Source: a virus
Length of the DNA: 64,000 nucleotides
Strand: one strand, 5' to 3'
IMG/VR virus record: IMGVR_UViG_3300037483_000443
Span: 32,001 to 96,000 of that record
Position numbers and translations under genes: made by a program. The notes under the pieces were generated by a model. It worked only from the letters and a program-made list of their open reading frames with translations. It was not told the DNA's origin and did not search any database. Below, in pieces: positions 31,770-40,507 of this stretch. Positions within the stretch are counted from its first letter, which is position 1; every line of letters starts with the position of its first letter.

Positions 31770-32437
31770 AGTTTGATCCCACGTCTAGCTAATTCTTCAC
31801 GCAAAAACTTTCGCCCATCCCGAACTACGCTTTGAACTTCCTCAGAAGTGTTGCGCAGAAGATTAAAGAGCTCTTCGATCTCGGCTTCAACGTTGACGTC
31901 TACCTCTTTCTTGCTCTTCATGATGTCATCAAAGATCAACTTGGCAACATCTCCCTCACCACGAACGGTCTTGAATGGAATGTTGAAGTCGTTGAGCATC
32001 TTGGTAATGTTGACATCGATCTGCTTAGCTTCGTCTTCAGTTTGGTTGCGACCGATTGCTTGGTAAGGACGAGCTCGCTCGATGACGTAGTTGTAGTTTT
32101 CGTACGTGTTCCACAGCTCTAACGAAAGGCTCCTGAAGGTGTACGGAAGGTACTCAGGTGTTACGTAATTGACACCGAGTAAGATTGGGCTGTCGGTAAC
32201 ACACCACTCAACTTGGTCTTGTAGACGAAATTGACGACGATTCTGGTTCGCGAGGAGAAATAGTTGGTCGGCGAAGGCCGTTTGGTTCTTCTCCCAGGTG
32301 AGGTCCTTGGCAAACTCTGTCACTTCCTCAACATTGTGTCCGCCTTTCTTGAAGAGAGCGAACAACTCGGCTCTCGTAGTGGACTTGCCACATCCAGGTC
32401 CGCCAAATAAGTTAACAACTTTTAGTTTCTTGGTCAT
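31766..32437 (-). CDS. P-loop kinase/ATPase (NadR/AAA_28-like)
   Basis: NLFGGPGCGKST, EFAKDLTW, TDSPI, GRNQTEDEA. Confidence 0.8.
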   Translation of the reverse strand: MTKKLKVVNLFGGPGCGKSTTRAELFALFKKGGHNVEEVTEFAKDLTWEKNQTAFADQLFLLANQNRRQFRLQDQVEWCVTDSPILLGVNYVTPEYLPYTFRSLSLELWNTYENYNYVIERARPYQAIGRNQTEDEAKQIDVNITKMLNDFNIPFKTVRGEGDVAKLIFDDIMKSKKEVDVNVEAEIEELFNLLRNTSEEVQSVVRDGRKFLREELARRGIKL

Positions 32438-32447
32438 GATTTTAACC

Positions 32448-32630
32448 TCAGTTTGCTGGAATAAAATGAACCGTAAGACTGACGAGTTGACCGTCGTCTT
32501 GCCTCGTCCACGTCAGTGCTTCGACGCTACATAGATTAATCCCCATGTTATTAGGGATCACGCTTAGAGGGAGCGGAGAATCTTCTTTAGATTCAATCAG
32601 CTCAGTGACAGTTTTCGTGATAGTTTTCAT
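32448..32630 (-). CDS. Hypothetical protein
   Basis: 60-aa ORF coupled to neighbours. Confidence 0.55.
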   Translation of the reverse strand: MKTITKTVTELIESKEDSPLPLSVIPNNMGINLCSVEALTWTRQDDGQLVSLTVHFIPAN

Positions 32631-33181
32631 GTTTGACTCCCTGAGAATTTACGACGACGCGGTTTCTTGCGAACTCGAACTCTACCACGTTCAGCATTTT
32701 TCTCTTCGATCTGACGCGCAGCTTCTTCAAGCTCAGCAATCGCCTCAGCATTGATATCACCAAATGCTGCATCAACGTCTTCGTTAGAAATTTCATTCTT
32801 TCGATTGCTGACCAGCAGCGAGAGGTACATCTCAATCGCTTCTTCCTCAGTTTCAGCGATGATCCCGTTATCAGCCAGGTGACGAATAAAAGCCTGGTTC
32901 CAGTCAAGCTTCATCTTGATACGTCCGTCGTCTGAAATTCCAGAGTGTAGGACATCAAGACGAGGCTCCTCTAGCTCAAGGTTCTCACGATCAGAGAACA
33001 ACTTTACGATCTCGTCATCGGTCTTGCCGTCGATGAGATCGCCCATCCTTGACTTCAAATCATCAACGAAGGATTGGTTGTAAGACCGTACCTTCACTTT
33101 CTTTCCGATGTAGCTGATGTCAGCCCACGGAGTTGATTTGCCGCCAAGATACTTGTTCCAGATCGATGAAAACATTCCCAT
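32627..33181 (-). CDS. Hypothetical protein
   Basis: TAATG overlap with upstream gene; LDWNQAF motif. Confidence 0.6.
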   Translation of the reverse strand: MGMFSSIWNKYLGGKSTPWADISYIGKKVKVRSYNQSFVDDLKSRMGDLIDGKTDDEIVKLFSDRENLELEEPRLDVLHSGISDDGRIKMKLDWNQAFIRHLADNGIIAETEEEAIEMYLSLLVSNRKNEISNEDVDAAFGDINAEAIAELEEAARQIEEKNAERGRVRVRKKPRRRKFSGSQT

Positions 33182-33576
33182 TACTTTTCTCCCAGAATCT
33201 TGCGGAGTTCTTCTTGTGGTGCTACCCAACCTTCAGGTTTACGTACGTCGAAGGTACTACCGCGCTTAGATTCTTCTGCGCGTTGAACCCTGATCTTCTT
33301 CATGTTAGCCGAGTGAACTGCGGCCATCCCAGCATTCCACTGTTCTGGAGAAATTCCTAGAGCCAGCGCAGAACCGAAAGCTACATAAGTCAAATCGAGT
33401 AGAGCATCGAAAGCTTCTACACGATCTTCCGTGAAGAGACCTTCAGTAAGCTCGGTCATCTCTTCCTTGAGGAAGTTCAGACGAAACATCTGAAGCTCCT
33501 TGTTGGAAGAGAGAATGTCCTGGCTACCGTCGGGTAGCCCAAACTTCTTGTGAAATTCTTGGACGAGTTCGATCAT
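33181..33576 (-). CDS. MazG-like/PRA-PH nucleoside triphosphate pyrophosphatase
   Basis: EFHKKF, LKEEMTE, DALLDLTYV, VHSANMKK, KPEGW. Confidence 0.85.
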   Translation of the reverse strand: MIELVQEFHKKFGLPDGSQDILSSNKELQMFRLNFLKEEMTELTEGLFTEDRVEAFDALLDLTYVAFGSALALGISPEQWNAGMAAVHSANMKKIRVQRAEESKRGSTFDVRKPEGWVAPQEELRKILGEK

Positions 33577-33578
33577 GA

Positions 33579-34307
33579 TCAGCTCTGGGGAAGTAGATAA
33601 AAATCAAATCCATTCACTTTGAATGTGAAGATTCCACCCTCGCCAAGTTGAAGTGACAGAGGGTCGCTTCCCTTCAGGGCTTCCTTCAGAAGAGAAACGA
33701 AGATCTTGGCGGGGTACTTCTGGCAGAAGGATGACTGCGGACTACCGGAACCGATCCAGTTGGCATCGTCAGACAGCTCAGTAGTGAAGATATCCTTGTT
33801 GGCATCAATCAGCTCGATCGAGACTGTCTTACCATCCTTTGAGGCGACCGTGATTGCTTCAGCACCCATCGCGGTCACAGCTTGAGCGATGACCGGGAGG
33901 TTCTTGCTGGTGATCTTCACTTCCCAGACCAGGGTGTCAGCGATGTTCTTCGGAACACCCTTAACTGCTTCAACAGAAGCACAGCGGAATTGAGCTTTCA
34001 CCTTACCAGACGACAGATCTAGTAGAGAGATGTCAGTACCGTTGGAAGCTTCGGTCGCTTCGATAGAGACGTCGCCTTGGCTCTTTACTAGCTGTAGACG
34101 AGGGGCGAGACTCTCGAGACGGTTGATACCAACTTGCTTACCACCGAAGTCAGGCACGTTGTTGGTCGTGATGATGACGATCTGTTGCTTCTCGTCGATG
34201 CCGCGGATCTTACCGCTCTCAATGACGAGCTTCTTGATGCCAGCACCCATGGCTGTCTGGATGAGGGTATCCAACTTCTGGATAGAATCTGCTGATAGTT
34301 TACTCAT
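33579..34307 (-). CDS. Putative DNA polymerase sliding clamp (gp45-like)
   Basis: 242 aa, alternating beta/alpha pattern, ends FYLLPQS; near polymerase (inference). Confidence 0.5.
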   Translation of the reverse strand: MSKLSADSIQKLDTLIQTAMGAGIKKLVIESGKIRGIDEKQQIVIITTNNVPDFGGKQVGINRLESLAPRLQLVKSQGDVSIEATEASNGTDISLLDLSSGKVKAQFRCASVEAVKGVPKNIADTLVWEVKITSKNLPVIAQAVTAMGAEAITVASKDGKTVSIELIDANKDIFTTELSDDANWIGSGSPQSSFCQKYPAKIFVSLLKEALKGSDPLSLQLGEGGIFTFKVNGFDFYLLPQS

Positions 34308-34874
34308 TTAGTTCTCCGTTTGTTTGATGATTGGTTTGTAATTTGCAATGTCATCTTGAGCATTATATACTGGATGTCGCTTTGAGTATATTTGTCCAAG
34401 ACACTCATCAACAAGTACAGAGACGTCTTTGAACAGATTGAGTTCAAAGCTGTTCTCTTCACCCGGACGAGTTATGTTTCCATGCTTCTCAACAAGTTGA
34501 ACTGAGGGTCCTGAGATCTTGATCGGATTCCAAGGGCGAGTTGCTACCTTGAATACTGGCATGCTCCAGATCTCTTCATCGGTTTGTGGAAAACATCGTT
34601 TAGTGTCACCGACACTGTAAAACACATGCACATTCACGTCAAACTTAAGGGTCTTGAGGAAAGACCAATTCTCGATTAGAACGCCGGTCTCTTCTTGGAA
34701 CTCACGAACGATTGCCGAGAAACAGCTTTCACCGTACTCTATCTTCCCACCTACTCCATTGAGGAGCCCGATTTGATTAGCCGGACGATTCTTCCTGATG
34801 AGGATCACCTTCTTCAGATCATCTGAGAATAGGAACCCAAGAACATAGCCGTTGTAGTAGTCATCGTGATTCAT
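34308..34874 (-). CDS. Nudix hydrolase
   Basis: Nudix box GGKIEYGESCFSAIVREFQEETGV. Confidence 0.88.
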   Translation of the reverse strand: MNHDDYYNGYVLGFLFSDDLKKVILIRKNRPANQIGLLNGVGGKIEYGESCFSAIVREFQEETGVLIENWSFLKTLKFDVNVHVFYSVGDTKRCFPQTDEEIWSMPVFKVATRPWNPIKISGPSVQLVEKHGNITRPGEENSFELNLFKDVSVLVDECLGQIYSKRHPVYNAQDDIANYKPIIKQTEN

Positions 34875-34882
34875 GTCTTCTC

Positions 34883-35047
34883 CTATAGGGATGATTGTGG
34901 CGTCCAACCGCCGGCAACTTCAACTTCACGAGCATCGTCATATTGGTTGATCTCTAAAGCTGGGTAGATTTCTCCAGCTCCAAAGACTACTAGATCGTAG
35001 TCAGGTTTGAGCTTAGAGAGAATCTCGATCGCTTCTTTAACTTTCAT
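34883..35047 (-). CDS. Hypothetical protein
   Basis: GAGGAG SD then MKVKEAIEILSKL. Confidence 0.55.
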   Translation of the reverse strand: MKVKEAIEILSKLKPDYDLVVFGAGEIYPALEINQYDDAREVEVAGGWTPQSSL

Positions 35048-35057
35048 CGCGGTCTCC

Positions 35058-37022
35058 TCAATCAAACGACAGCAACTTCTTGACGGTTGCGGTGTGCTCG
35101 GTTGGAACGGTCCAACCGATCGGGTCAAAGATGTTCTTCAGCTTTTGATCAACCAACTTCTTCTCTGTTAGCTTAACGTCGATCTCAAATCGATCTGTGA
35201 ACCACTTCGGCAGATCTTCGGTTTCAGATGAGAACGCCATGCTGTCGTATCCGTGCTCGTTCTCCTTCAGCCACACGATCTTGATCTTGTCTCCTGACTT
35301 GATCGGGTGTGCTTCCTGGACGCTGAACATGTCTAGACAGAGGTTGTGGTTGATCGAGGACTTGACGTTGTTTGGCAGACGAGCGCTACCGAAACCAGGC
35401 TTCTCGATCCTTTCCCACTTCGCGAAGTACTCATCTAGGTTCTTGACTGAGGTGACAGTAGCAAACTCAAGAGGGTTGACTTTGTCTTCAACACTGTTCA
35501 AGTTCCGCCGGAACACCATTACATAATCCTCGACCGAGCTAACAGGCTCGTTGGTCAGGATTTTCAACGTCACATCCTTCAGCATCGTGCGGATGCGTTC
35601 AGGGGTGGAAGAGATCTTTATGTCAGAACCTTGGCTCTTCAACGCCTTGGGGTCTTCTGACTTGAGACGCTTACCTTCATTGTCTGCTACCAAGAGAATG
35701 TACTTCTTCTTGGCACGGAAGATTCCTGCCGATGCTACTACTTCTCGCCCGGCCTTGATCTTGTCATCAAAACCTGGCTGACAGAAGAATGCAGTTCTCA
35801 TGAACTCTGGGAATGAATTGTTGACCGCCGCAGCGACTGCATCTGCACACTCGATCGCAGATTCGATGTCAGTACCAACGAGAGCATCCATGACGAAATA
35901 GCACGAGTCTGTATCAGAATAGATCGGTCCAAGTCCCTTTGGAGTCTCCAGGGTATAAACGTTGACCGGATCACCGGACTTTTCATCAAATCCAATGGTC
36001 TTCACGACCTTCGGCGCATCAGGGCCGATCAAGTTTATTGAGACAGTCTCGATCATGTGAGTAGTTATCTGACGTCCTGAACCAGTGGTAGATGCTCCGA
36101 GACGAGAATCATGGAAACGACAGAATTCATTTAGGGTTGCGCCGTATGTAGAGTTCAACAATACCTTACGTACACCTTGCAGCATGTCATAGTATTCAGA
36201 CAGCTTTTGATGCTCAAGATAGGTTGGGTCTTCTTTGTTGCCGTCAGCTGCCTTTAGAGCTTCTTCTGCAAGCTTCGCATGCTTCTTCTTGAGACCCTGC
36301 ATCTCCTTGCGACCGTTGAACCAGTAGGTCAAAACGGCAGGGATGAGTCCTTCTCCGTTACCTTGATCTAGGATCGTACCATATCCAGATAACGCATACT
36401 TGTTGTCTTTCAGGAAGCGGATCATGTTACCTGCAGTGATCTCTAGACCTGCGTCAACCCGCTCGCCTTCTTCATCGAGCGGGTTGACTCCCTCAGGAAT
36501 GATCGTGACAGGCCGATTCTGGTATTCTTCGTTGTCAGGGTGGAGGTGAGCGTTGTAGACTGCTCTCCAACCTTCTTCATACTCAGCAAGCTGACCGACG
36601 ATCTTCTCAGGTGAGAGATTCAACGAGCGATATGTACTTGGGTACAGAGAGTTGATGTCGATGGAACCGATCATCTTGTGCAGACCCTTCTGTGGGTTCA
36701 ACACTAGAGCTCCCTCTACCTTTTGTCCAGCAGAGTGCTTCTTGTCAAAGACGATCTTCTTCATCTGCGTGTGACAGAAGTTGACGATCGCGGTGTCGAT
36801 CAGCTGCACAGAGCCGAAGATCGCGTTGAAGTTGACGGTCGCTTCGTGGACCATCGTATTTGCTAGTTCGATGTACTTGAACTTCTTGTCCAGGTCAACT
36901 AAGCACTTAACGTCGTGACGGTTGTAACGACAAAAGTTAATAAATGATAAATACTTTGTCTGTTGATCTTTTTGTTTATATAGAGCTTTAAGCTCTTCAT
37001 TTGATAATTGAGTATAGTCCAT
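35058..37022 (-). CDS. Family B DNA polymerase, C-terminal subunit (ExoIII plus polymerase domain)
   Basis: ExoIII YNRHDV; motif A DINSLYPS; motif B KVLLNSTYG; motif C YSDTDS; KKKY. Confidence 0.93.
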   Translation of the reverse strand: MDYTQLSNEELKALYKQKDQQTKYLSFINFCRYNRHDVKCLVDLDKKFKYIELANTMVHEATVNFNAIFGSVQLIDTAIVNFCHTQMKKIVFDKKHSAGQKVEGALVLNPQKGLHKMIGSIDINSLYPSTYRSLNLSPEKIVGQLAEYEEGWRAVYNAHLHPDNEEYQNRPVTIIPEGVNPLDEEGERVDAGLEITAGNMIRFLKDNKYALSGYGTILDQGNGEGLIPAVLTYWFNGRKEMQGLKKKHAKLAEEALKAADGNKEDPTYLEHQKLSEYYDMLQGVRKVLLNSTYGATLNEFCRFHDSRLGASTTGSGRQITTHMIETVSINLIGPDAPKVVKTIGFDEKSGDPVNVYTLETPKGLGPIYSDTDSCYFVMDALVGTDIESAIECADAVAAAVNNSFPEFMRTAFFCQPGFDDKIKAGREVVASAGIFRAKKKYILLVADNEGKRLKSEDPKALKSQGSDIKISSTPERIRTMLKDVTLKILTNEPVSSVEDYVMVFRRNLNSVEDKVNPLEFATVTSVKNLDEYFAKWERIEKPGFGSARLPNNVKSSINHNLCLDMFSVQEAHPIKSGDKIKIVWLKENEHGYDSMAFSSETEDLPKWFTDRFEIDVKLTEKKLVDQKLKNIFDPIGWTVPTEHTATVKKLLSFD

Positions 37023-37989
37023 GTGTAAATTGTATCCTATTCAAGAAGTAAAGAACATTTATCTTAATCAAATTTTAGAGCTCTCTACTAGTAATAAGTA
37101 TTCTATATGGTATAAAAACATAATTGAAAAAGCCCTTTCAAGAACTGAAATCGTTGAGGGAGAAAAACATCACATAATCCCAAGATCATTTAAACTCGGT
37201 GGAGAAAAAGATAAGCAAAATATCATAAAGCTAACATACCGTGAGCACTTTATATGTCACTTACTTCTTGCCAGAATGTTTCTTCATAAAGGTTATAAAG
37301 CTAAGATGATCAATGCTGTTCTTTATATTTGTTCTGGATTTCTCAGAGGAACTACAATTAGAAGTAATCCGTATGCTTCAAAAAGATATTCTCTTCATCG
37401 AAAGTCTATCGTTCTTATGTTGAGAGAAAAGGTAAAAGAAAAACTTTGGATCAATGATGGTACTATTTGTAAGCGAGTTAAATCACAAGAGCTCGATCAA
37501 TACATTTCTAATGGTTGGGCTCTTGGGAGAACATTCTTCAATCGACTAAAAGTAGAAACTGTAAATGATGGATTTGTCTGCAAGAGAATCCCTCGTGATG
37601 AGATTCAAATTTATCTTTCTTCTGGATGGATAAAAGGGCGTCTTCAGTCATACAAAGATAAGATCACTATTACAAATGGTAAGAAAAACATGAGAGTTCT
37701 TCCAGATCAGATTCCAAATGGGTTTTACAAAGGCTCTCACCTTAAAGCTAGTTTCGGTAAAATTTGGGTCAACAACGGCGCTGAAGAAAGATATGTCTCA
37801 AAAGTTTCATCAGGTTTTGTAAAAGGTCGACTTAAACAAATTCAATCTAAACATGTTAGAACCGGATTCTGTATAACAGATGGAACTTCTAAGAAATATG
37901 TTTATGATCTTAAAGAAGTTCCACCTGGTTGGAAGCTTCCAAAACGCTCTAAACGACGGAAAGACCCCGTTTTTCAAGCTCTTGTCTAA
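37021..37989 (+). CDS. Free-standing HNH homing endonuclease, antisense within the polymerase locus
   Basis: EKHHIIPRS..GG..NIIKLTYREHFICHLLL; repeated WINDG..GW..GR units; AT-rich; TAAATA at 36948-36953. Confidence 0.88.
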   Translation: MCKLYPIQEVKNIYLNQILELSTSNKYSIWYKNIIEKALSRTEIVEGEKHHIIPRSFKLGGEKDKQNIIKLTYREHFICHLLLARMFLHKGYKAKMINAVLYICSGFLRGTTIRSNPYASKRYSLHRKSIVLMLREKVKEKLWINDGTICKRVKSQELDQYISNGWALGRTFFNRLKVETVNDGFVCKRIPRDEIQIYLSSGWIKGRLQSYKDKITITNGKKNMRVLPDQIPNGFYKGSHLKASFGKIWVNNGAEERYVSKVSSGFVKGRLKQIQSKHVRTGFCITDGTSKKYVYDLKEVPPGWKLPKRSKRRKDPVFQALV

Positions 37990-38950
37990 TTCTCTCGCGC
38001 TCTACATTGACTTTATACAACTCATTTTGCTCGCTTTCTGACTTTAGAACTTTTAAGTTTGGACGATGAGTTCCGTGATACAGCTCGTAGAGAGTTCCCT
38101 CATAGTGCAACTTTGGAACATCTAGCTCTTCCTCGGTGATCGCTTGAAGAGAGAATGACTGGCGTCCACCGAGAGTGAACTTTTTGAAGAGAGCCATGTA
38201 GTCAAGATGGACACGACTCTGGAGGTCGAGAACGATCTCTTTCTGCTTGGATCCCTTAAAGCGATCCTTTTCACCCCAACGAGGAGTGGGACCGCCTTCA
38301 AAAGCAAGGCTGCGAAGAGCTGACTTACCGAAGAGCAGTTCGATGCGCTTGCCGATATATGGAAGGTCAAAGAACTCTGAGTTCCAGCCTGACAGTACGT
38401 CGACGTCATTACCAAGATCGAGGAACTGCTGGAGAAGTTCACGTTCACTGTTGCAGATGAAGTAGTTGTCTTCCAACATCTCCAGTGGAAGTTGGTTCAT
38501 TACTGACCAACCTGGAGGTGCGACCGCGAGAGTAAAGTATGCTTCAAGATCTGACCTGTAGAGAGTCAGTGCGTTGATCGGAGCATAGGGATTTTCAGGA
38601 CGAGCCCAACCGATGGTTGGGTCATAGTCGACTTCGATGTCGAGGAATCCGACTGTGAGAACAGGTACCTTCTTTCCCACGTAGGTCATCATGACCTTTT
38701 CTTGTGGGTGGAAATCACTCTCGAAGCGAGTCGGATAAGATCTACAAGCGTCATCAAAGTCGCGCTTGTTGTCGAATTCTATTTTCTTGAGAGATTCGCC
38801 GGTGAGGGCAGTAAAGGGGCCGTTCTTGTCAGGAACGTAGAAGAAATATGGACTGTCGTATTCACGCTTGATGCGCTTACCCGATTCTGACTTTTCCCAG
38901 ACGAGGACTTTGTCACGTCCACGTTCGTGATAGCTGCTGATAAAACTCAT
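37949..38950 (-). CDS. Family B DNA polymerase, N-terminal subunit (N-domain plus ExoI/ExoII)
   Basis: ExoI FLDIEVD; ExoII SGWNSEFFDLPY; HLDYMALFKKF..SFSLQAI; AGGAG SD before ATG 38950. Confidence 0.92.
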   Translation of the reverse strand: MSFISSYHERGRDKVLVWEKSESGKRIKREYDSPYFFYVPDKNGPFTALTGESLKKIEFDNKRDFDDACRSYPTRFESDFHPQEKVMMTYVGKKVPVLTVGFLDIEVDYDPTIGWARPENPYAPINALTLYRSDLEAYFTLAVAPPGWSVMNQLPLEMLEDNYFICNSERELLQQFLDLGNDVDVLSGWNSEFFDLPYIGKRIELLFGKSALRSLAFEGGPTPRWGEKDRFKGSKQKEIVLDLQSRVHLDYMALFKKFTLGGRQSFSLQAITEEELDVPKLHYEGTLYELYHGTHRPNLKVLKSESEQNELYKVNVERERIRQELEKRGLSVV

Positions 38951-39012
38951 GTTGACTCCTAAGAGTGATGGCATGTTAACGCCGAGGCACGCCAGGTCTC
39001 GGTCGTGTGGTA

Positions 39013-39207
39013 CTAATCTTCGCGGATGATCGTGAATCCTTTGACGTCTTTGATGTCAGGAATCACACTAGATGAGTAGAGGAGCCTCCAAGTGCCGTCA
39101 GGAAGCTCCGTTAACTCAATCATCTTCTTGGGAACCTTAAGAGCAGTGACCTTGGAAAGTTCTAAGTCTACTCCCAATCCCTCAATGCGAATCGCGCGCC
39201 TGGTCAT
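39013..39207 (-). CDS. Hypothetical protein
   Basis: 64 aa, TGATG coupling. Confidence 0.6.
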   Translation of the reverse strand: MTRRAIRIEGLGVDLELSKVTALKVPKKMIELTELPDGTWRLLYSSSVIPDIKDVKGFTIIRED

Positions 39208-39497
39208 CAGAACTGGTACAGCTTGACCGGAACCGTGAAATATGCGTCTTCAGCCTTATCAAACTTCACCAGACCATGCTCAGAGAGACGTCCCAGGATT
39301 GACACTGTGGTGCGACCAAGTTGTTGAGCGATGAACTCAGGAGAGACACCACCGGCGTAGCTCAGAATCATCTTTTGCTCATCGTCTTGTGTCCATCGCT
39401 TTTGGTGATTGACCGGCTTCGTTGCCTTGATAGACGTTGAAGTTGCTGTAGAAGTCTTACTGGTAGTGCTCGTGCGGGGGCGTGTTACTTTGCTCAT
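39207..39497 (-). CDS. Small HTH (Myb-like) DNA-binding protein
   Basis: KRWTQDDEQKM..IAQQLGRTTVSILGRL. Confidence 0.65.
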   Translation of the reverse strand: MSKVTRPRTSTTSKTSTATSTSIKATKPVNHQKRWTQDDEQKMILSYAGGVSPEFIAQQLGRTTVSILGRLSEHGLVKFDKAEDAYFTVPVKLYQF

Positions 39498-39518
39498 AGC
39501 TTTCTCCTTTAGGTTAGA

Positions 39519-39827
39519 TTACTCGTCTTTGATGCCGAGGCCAACTGCAAAGTCGCTGATTTCCTCGATTTCGTGTTGCTTGGCGTCGATAGAACCTGGG
39601 TTCATCTTCTCGTTCACCAAACCGTTCAAGATCTTGCCAGGTATGCCGAGACTGTCTTTAGCTTCAGACATGATGTCTTTAACGCCCAGCTGATGTGTCT
39701 TGATGTGTCCCTTGTGCAACAGGATCTCCTCGATGAAGCCCTCTAATTGAGATTTTGTCACGGGATTGTTCACGATGGTATCGAGGCTGAACTGGATCTT
39801 GGTCTTCTTGCCGGTTGCATCTTTCAT
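39519..39827 (-). CDS. dsDNA-binding protein (T4 DsbA/GapR-like)
   Basis: LEGFIEE..VKDIMSEAKDSLGIPGKILNGLV pattern. Confidence 0.6.
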   Translation of the reverse strand: MKDATGKKTKIQFSLDTIVNNPVTKSQLEGFIEEILLHKGHIKTHQLGVKDIMSEAKDSLGIPGKILNGLVNEKMNPGSIDAKQHEIEEISDFAVGLGIKDE

Positions 39828-39924
39828 TTGGTATTTCTCCGTAGTTGATTATCAGGAAGAGTCATTTTAACATACATGACTTTGGAAGGACATTTACTAA
39901 GCAGTTAGCTTCAACAGATAAAAA

Positions 39925-39951
39925 TGCCCCGGTCTTTTGGCGACCGAGGCA
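39925..39951 (-). terminator. Intrinsic terminator
   Basis: TGCCCCGGTC..GACCGAGGCA stem followed by U-run on minus strand. Confidence 0.65.
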
Positions 39952-39982
39952 GAGCCATGTTCCAGAGCCTTAGGCAGAGGTA

Positions 39983-40495
39983 CTAGTGATAGGTTGAAGA
40001 GAATTGGGTGCGAGGAATGTTCATTGGCTCAAATGCGAAGTCACCGTTTCCAGATAGTTCGATCGCGTCATCGGAGTAGAAGATCTCATATTTGACTAGC
40101 CACGAGTTTGCATTTAATGCTGCGATCTCTTCGCCTTCTGAGTTATCTGCGAAGAATAATACACTACAACAGTTGTCATCCCAGCCACTAAGATACTTTG
40201 CTCCAAACTTCGCGGTAAGAGCTTCTATTGAATCAGCATCTTGGATCATAATTGATGGGTTAGCAATCATGAATTGACTGATGAAGTGTTCACCTTTGGT
40301 GTAAAAGGCCAGAGCTTTCTGTTCAAAGTCACCGTTTGCGGCTGATAATGCTTCACCATATGACATGAATAGCTTTGAGCGCATCTTGAAATCGACTATA
40401 GGTCCTGTGACAGCAGAAACACCCTTCATGTCCATCATCGTTTTGACGATTGGGTTGGTGAGGTTGAAAGAGGTAACGAAGTAGAAGTTGCGCAA
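39983..40495 (-). CDS. Hypothetical protein
   Basis: 170 aa; AAGGA SD, TTG start. Confidence 0.6.
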   Translation of the reverse strand: MRNFYFVTSFNLTNPIVKTMMDMKGVSAVTGPIVDFKMRSKLFMSYGEALSAANGDFEQKALAFYTKGEHFISQFMIANPSIMIQDADSIEALTAKFGAKYLSGWDDNCCSVLFFADNSEGEEIAALNANSWLVKYEIFYSDDAIELSGNGDFAFEPMNIPRTQFSSTYH

Positions 40496-40507
40496 CTTTA
40501 GATTCCT

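Noticed and set aside
37910-37951. Amber readthrough joining the two polymerase halves (N-subunit ends in TAG)
   Set aside because: Readthrough reaches TAA after 12 more codons, about 0.9 kb before the second half.
36930-38090. Group I intron or intein in the polymerase
   Set aside because: The HNH ORF overlaps both halves on the opposite strand; no intron core or intein C/S..HN termini recognised. Not formally excluded without RT-PCR.
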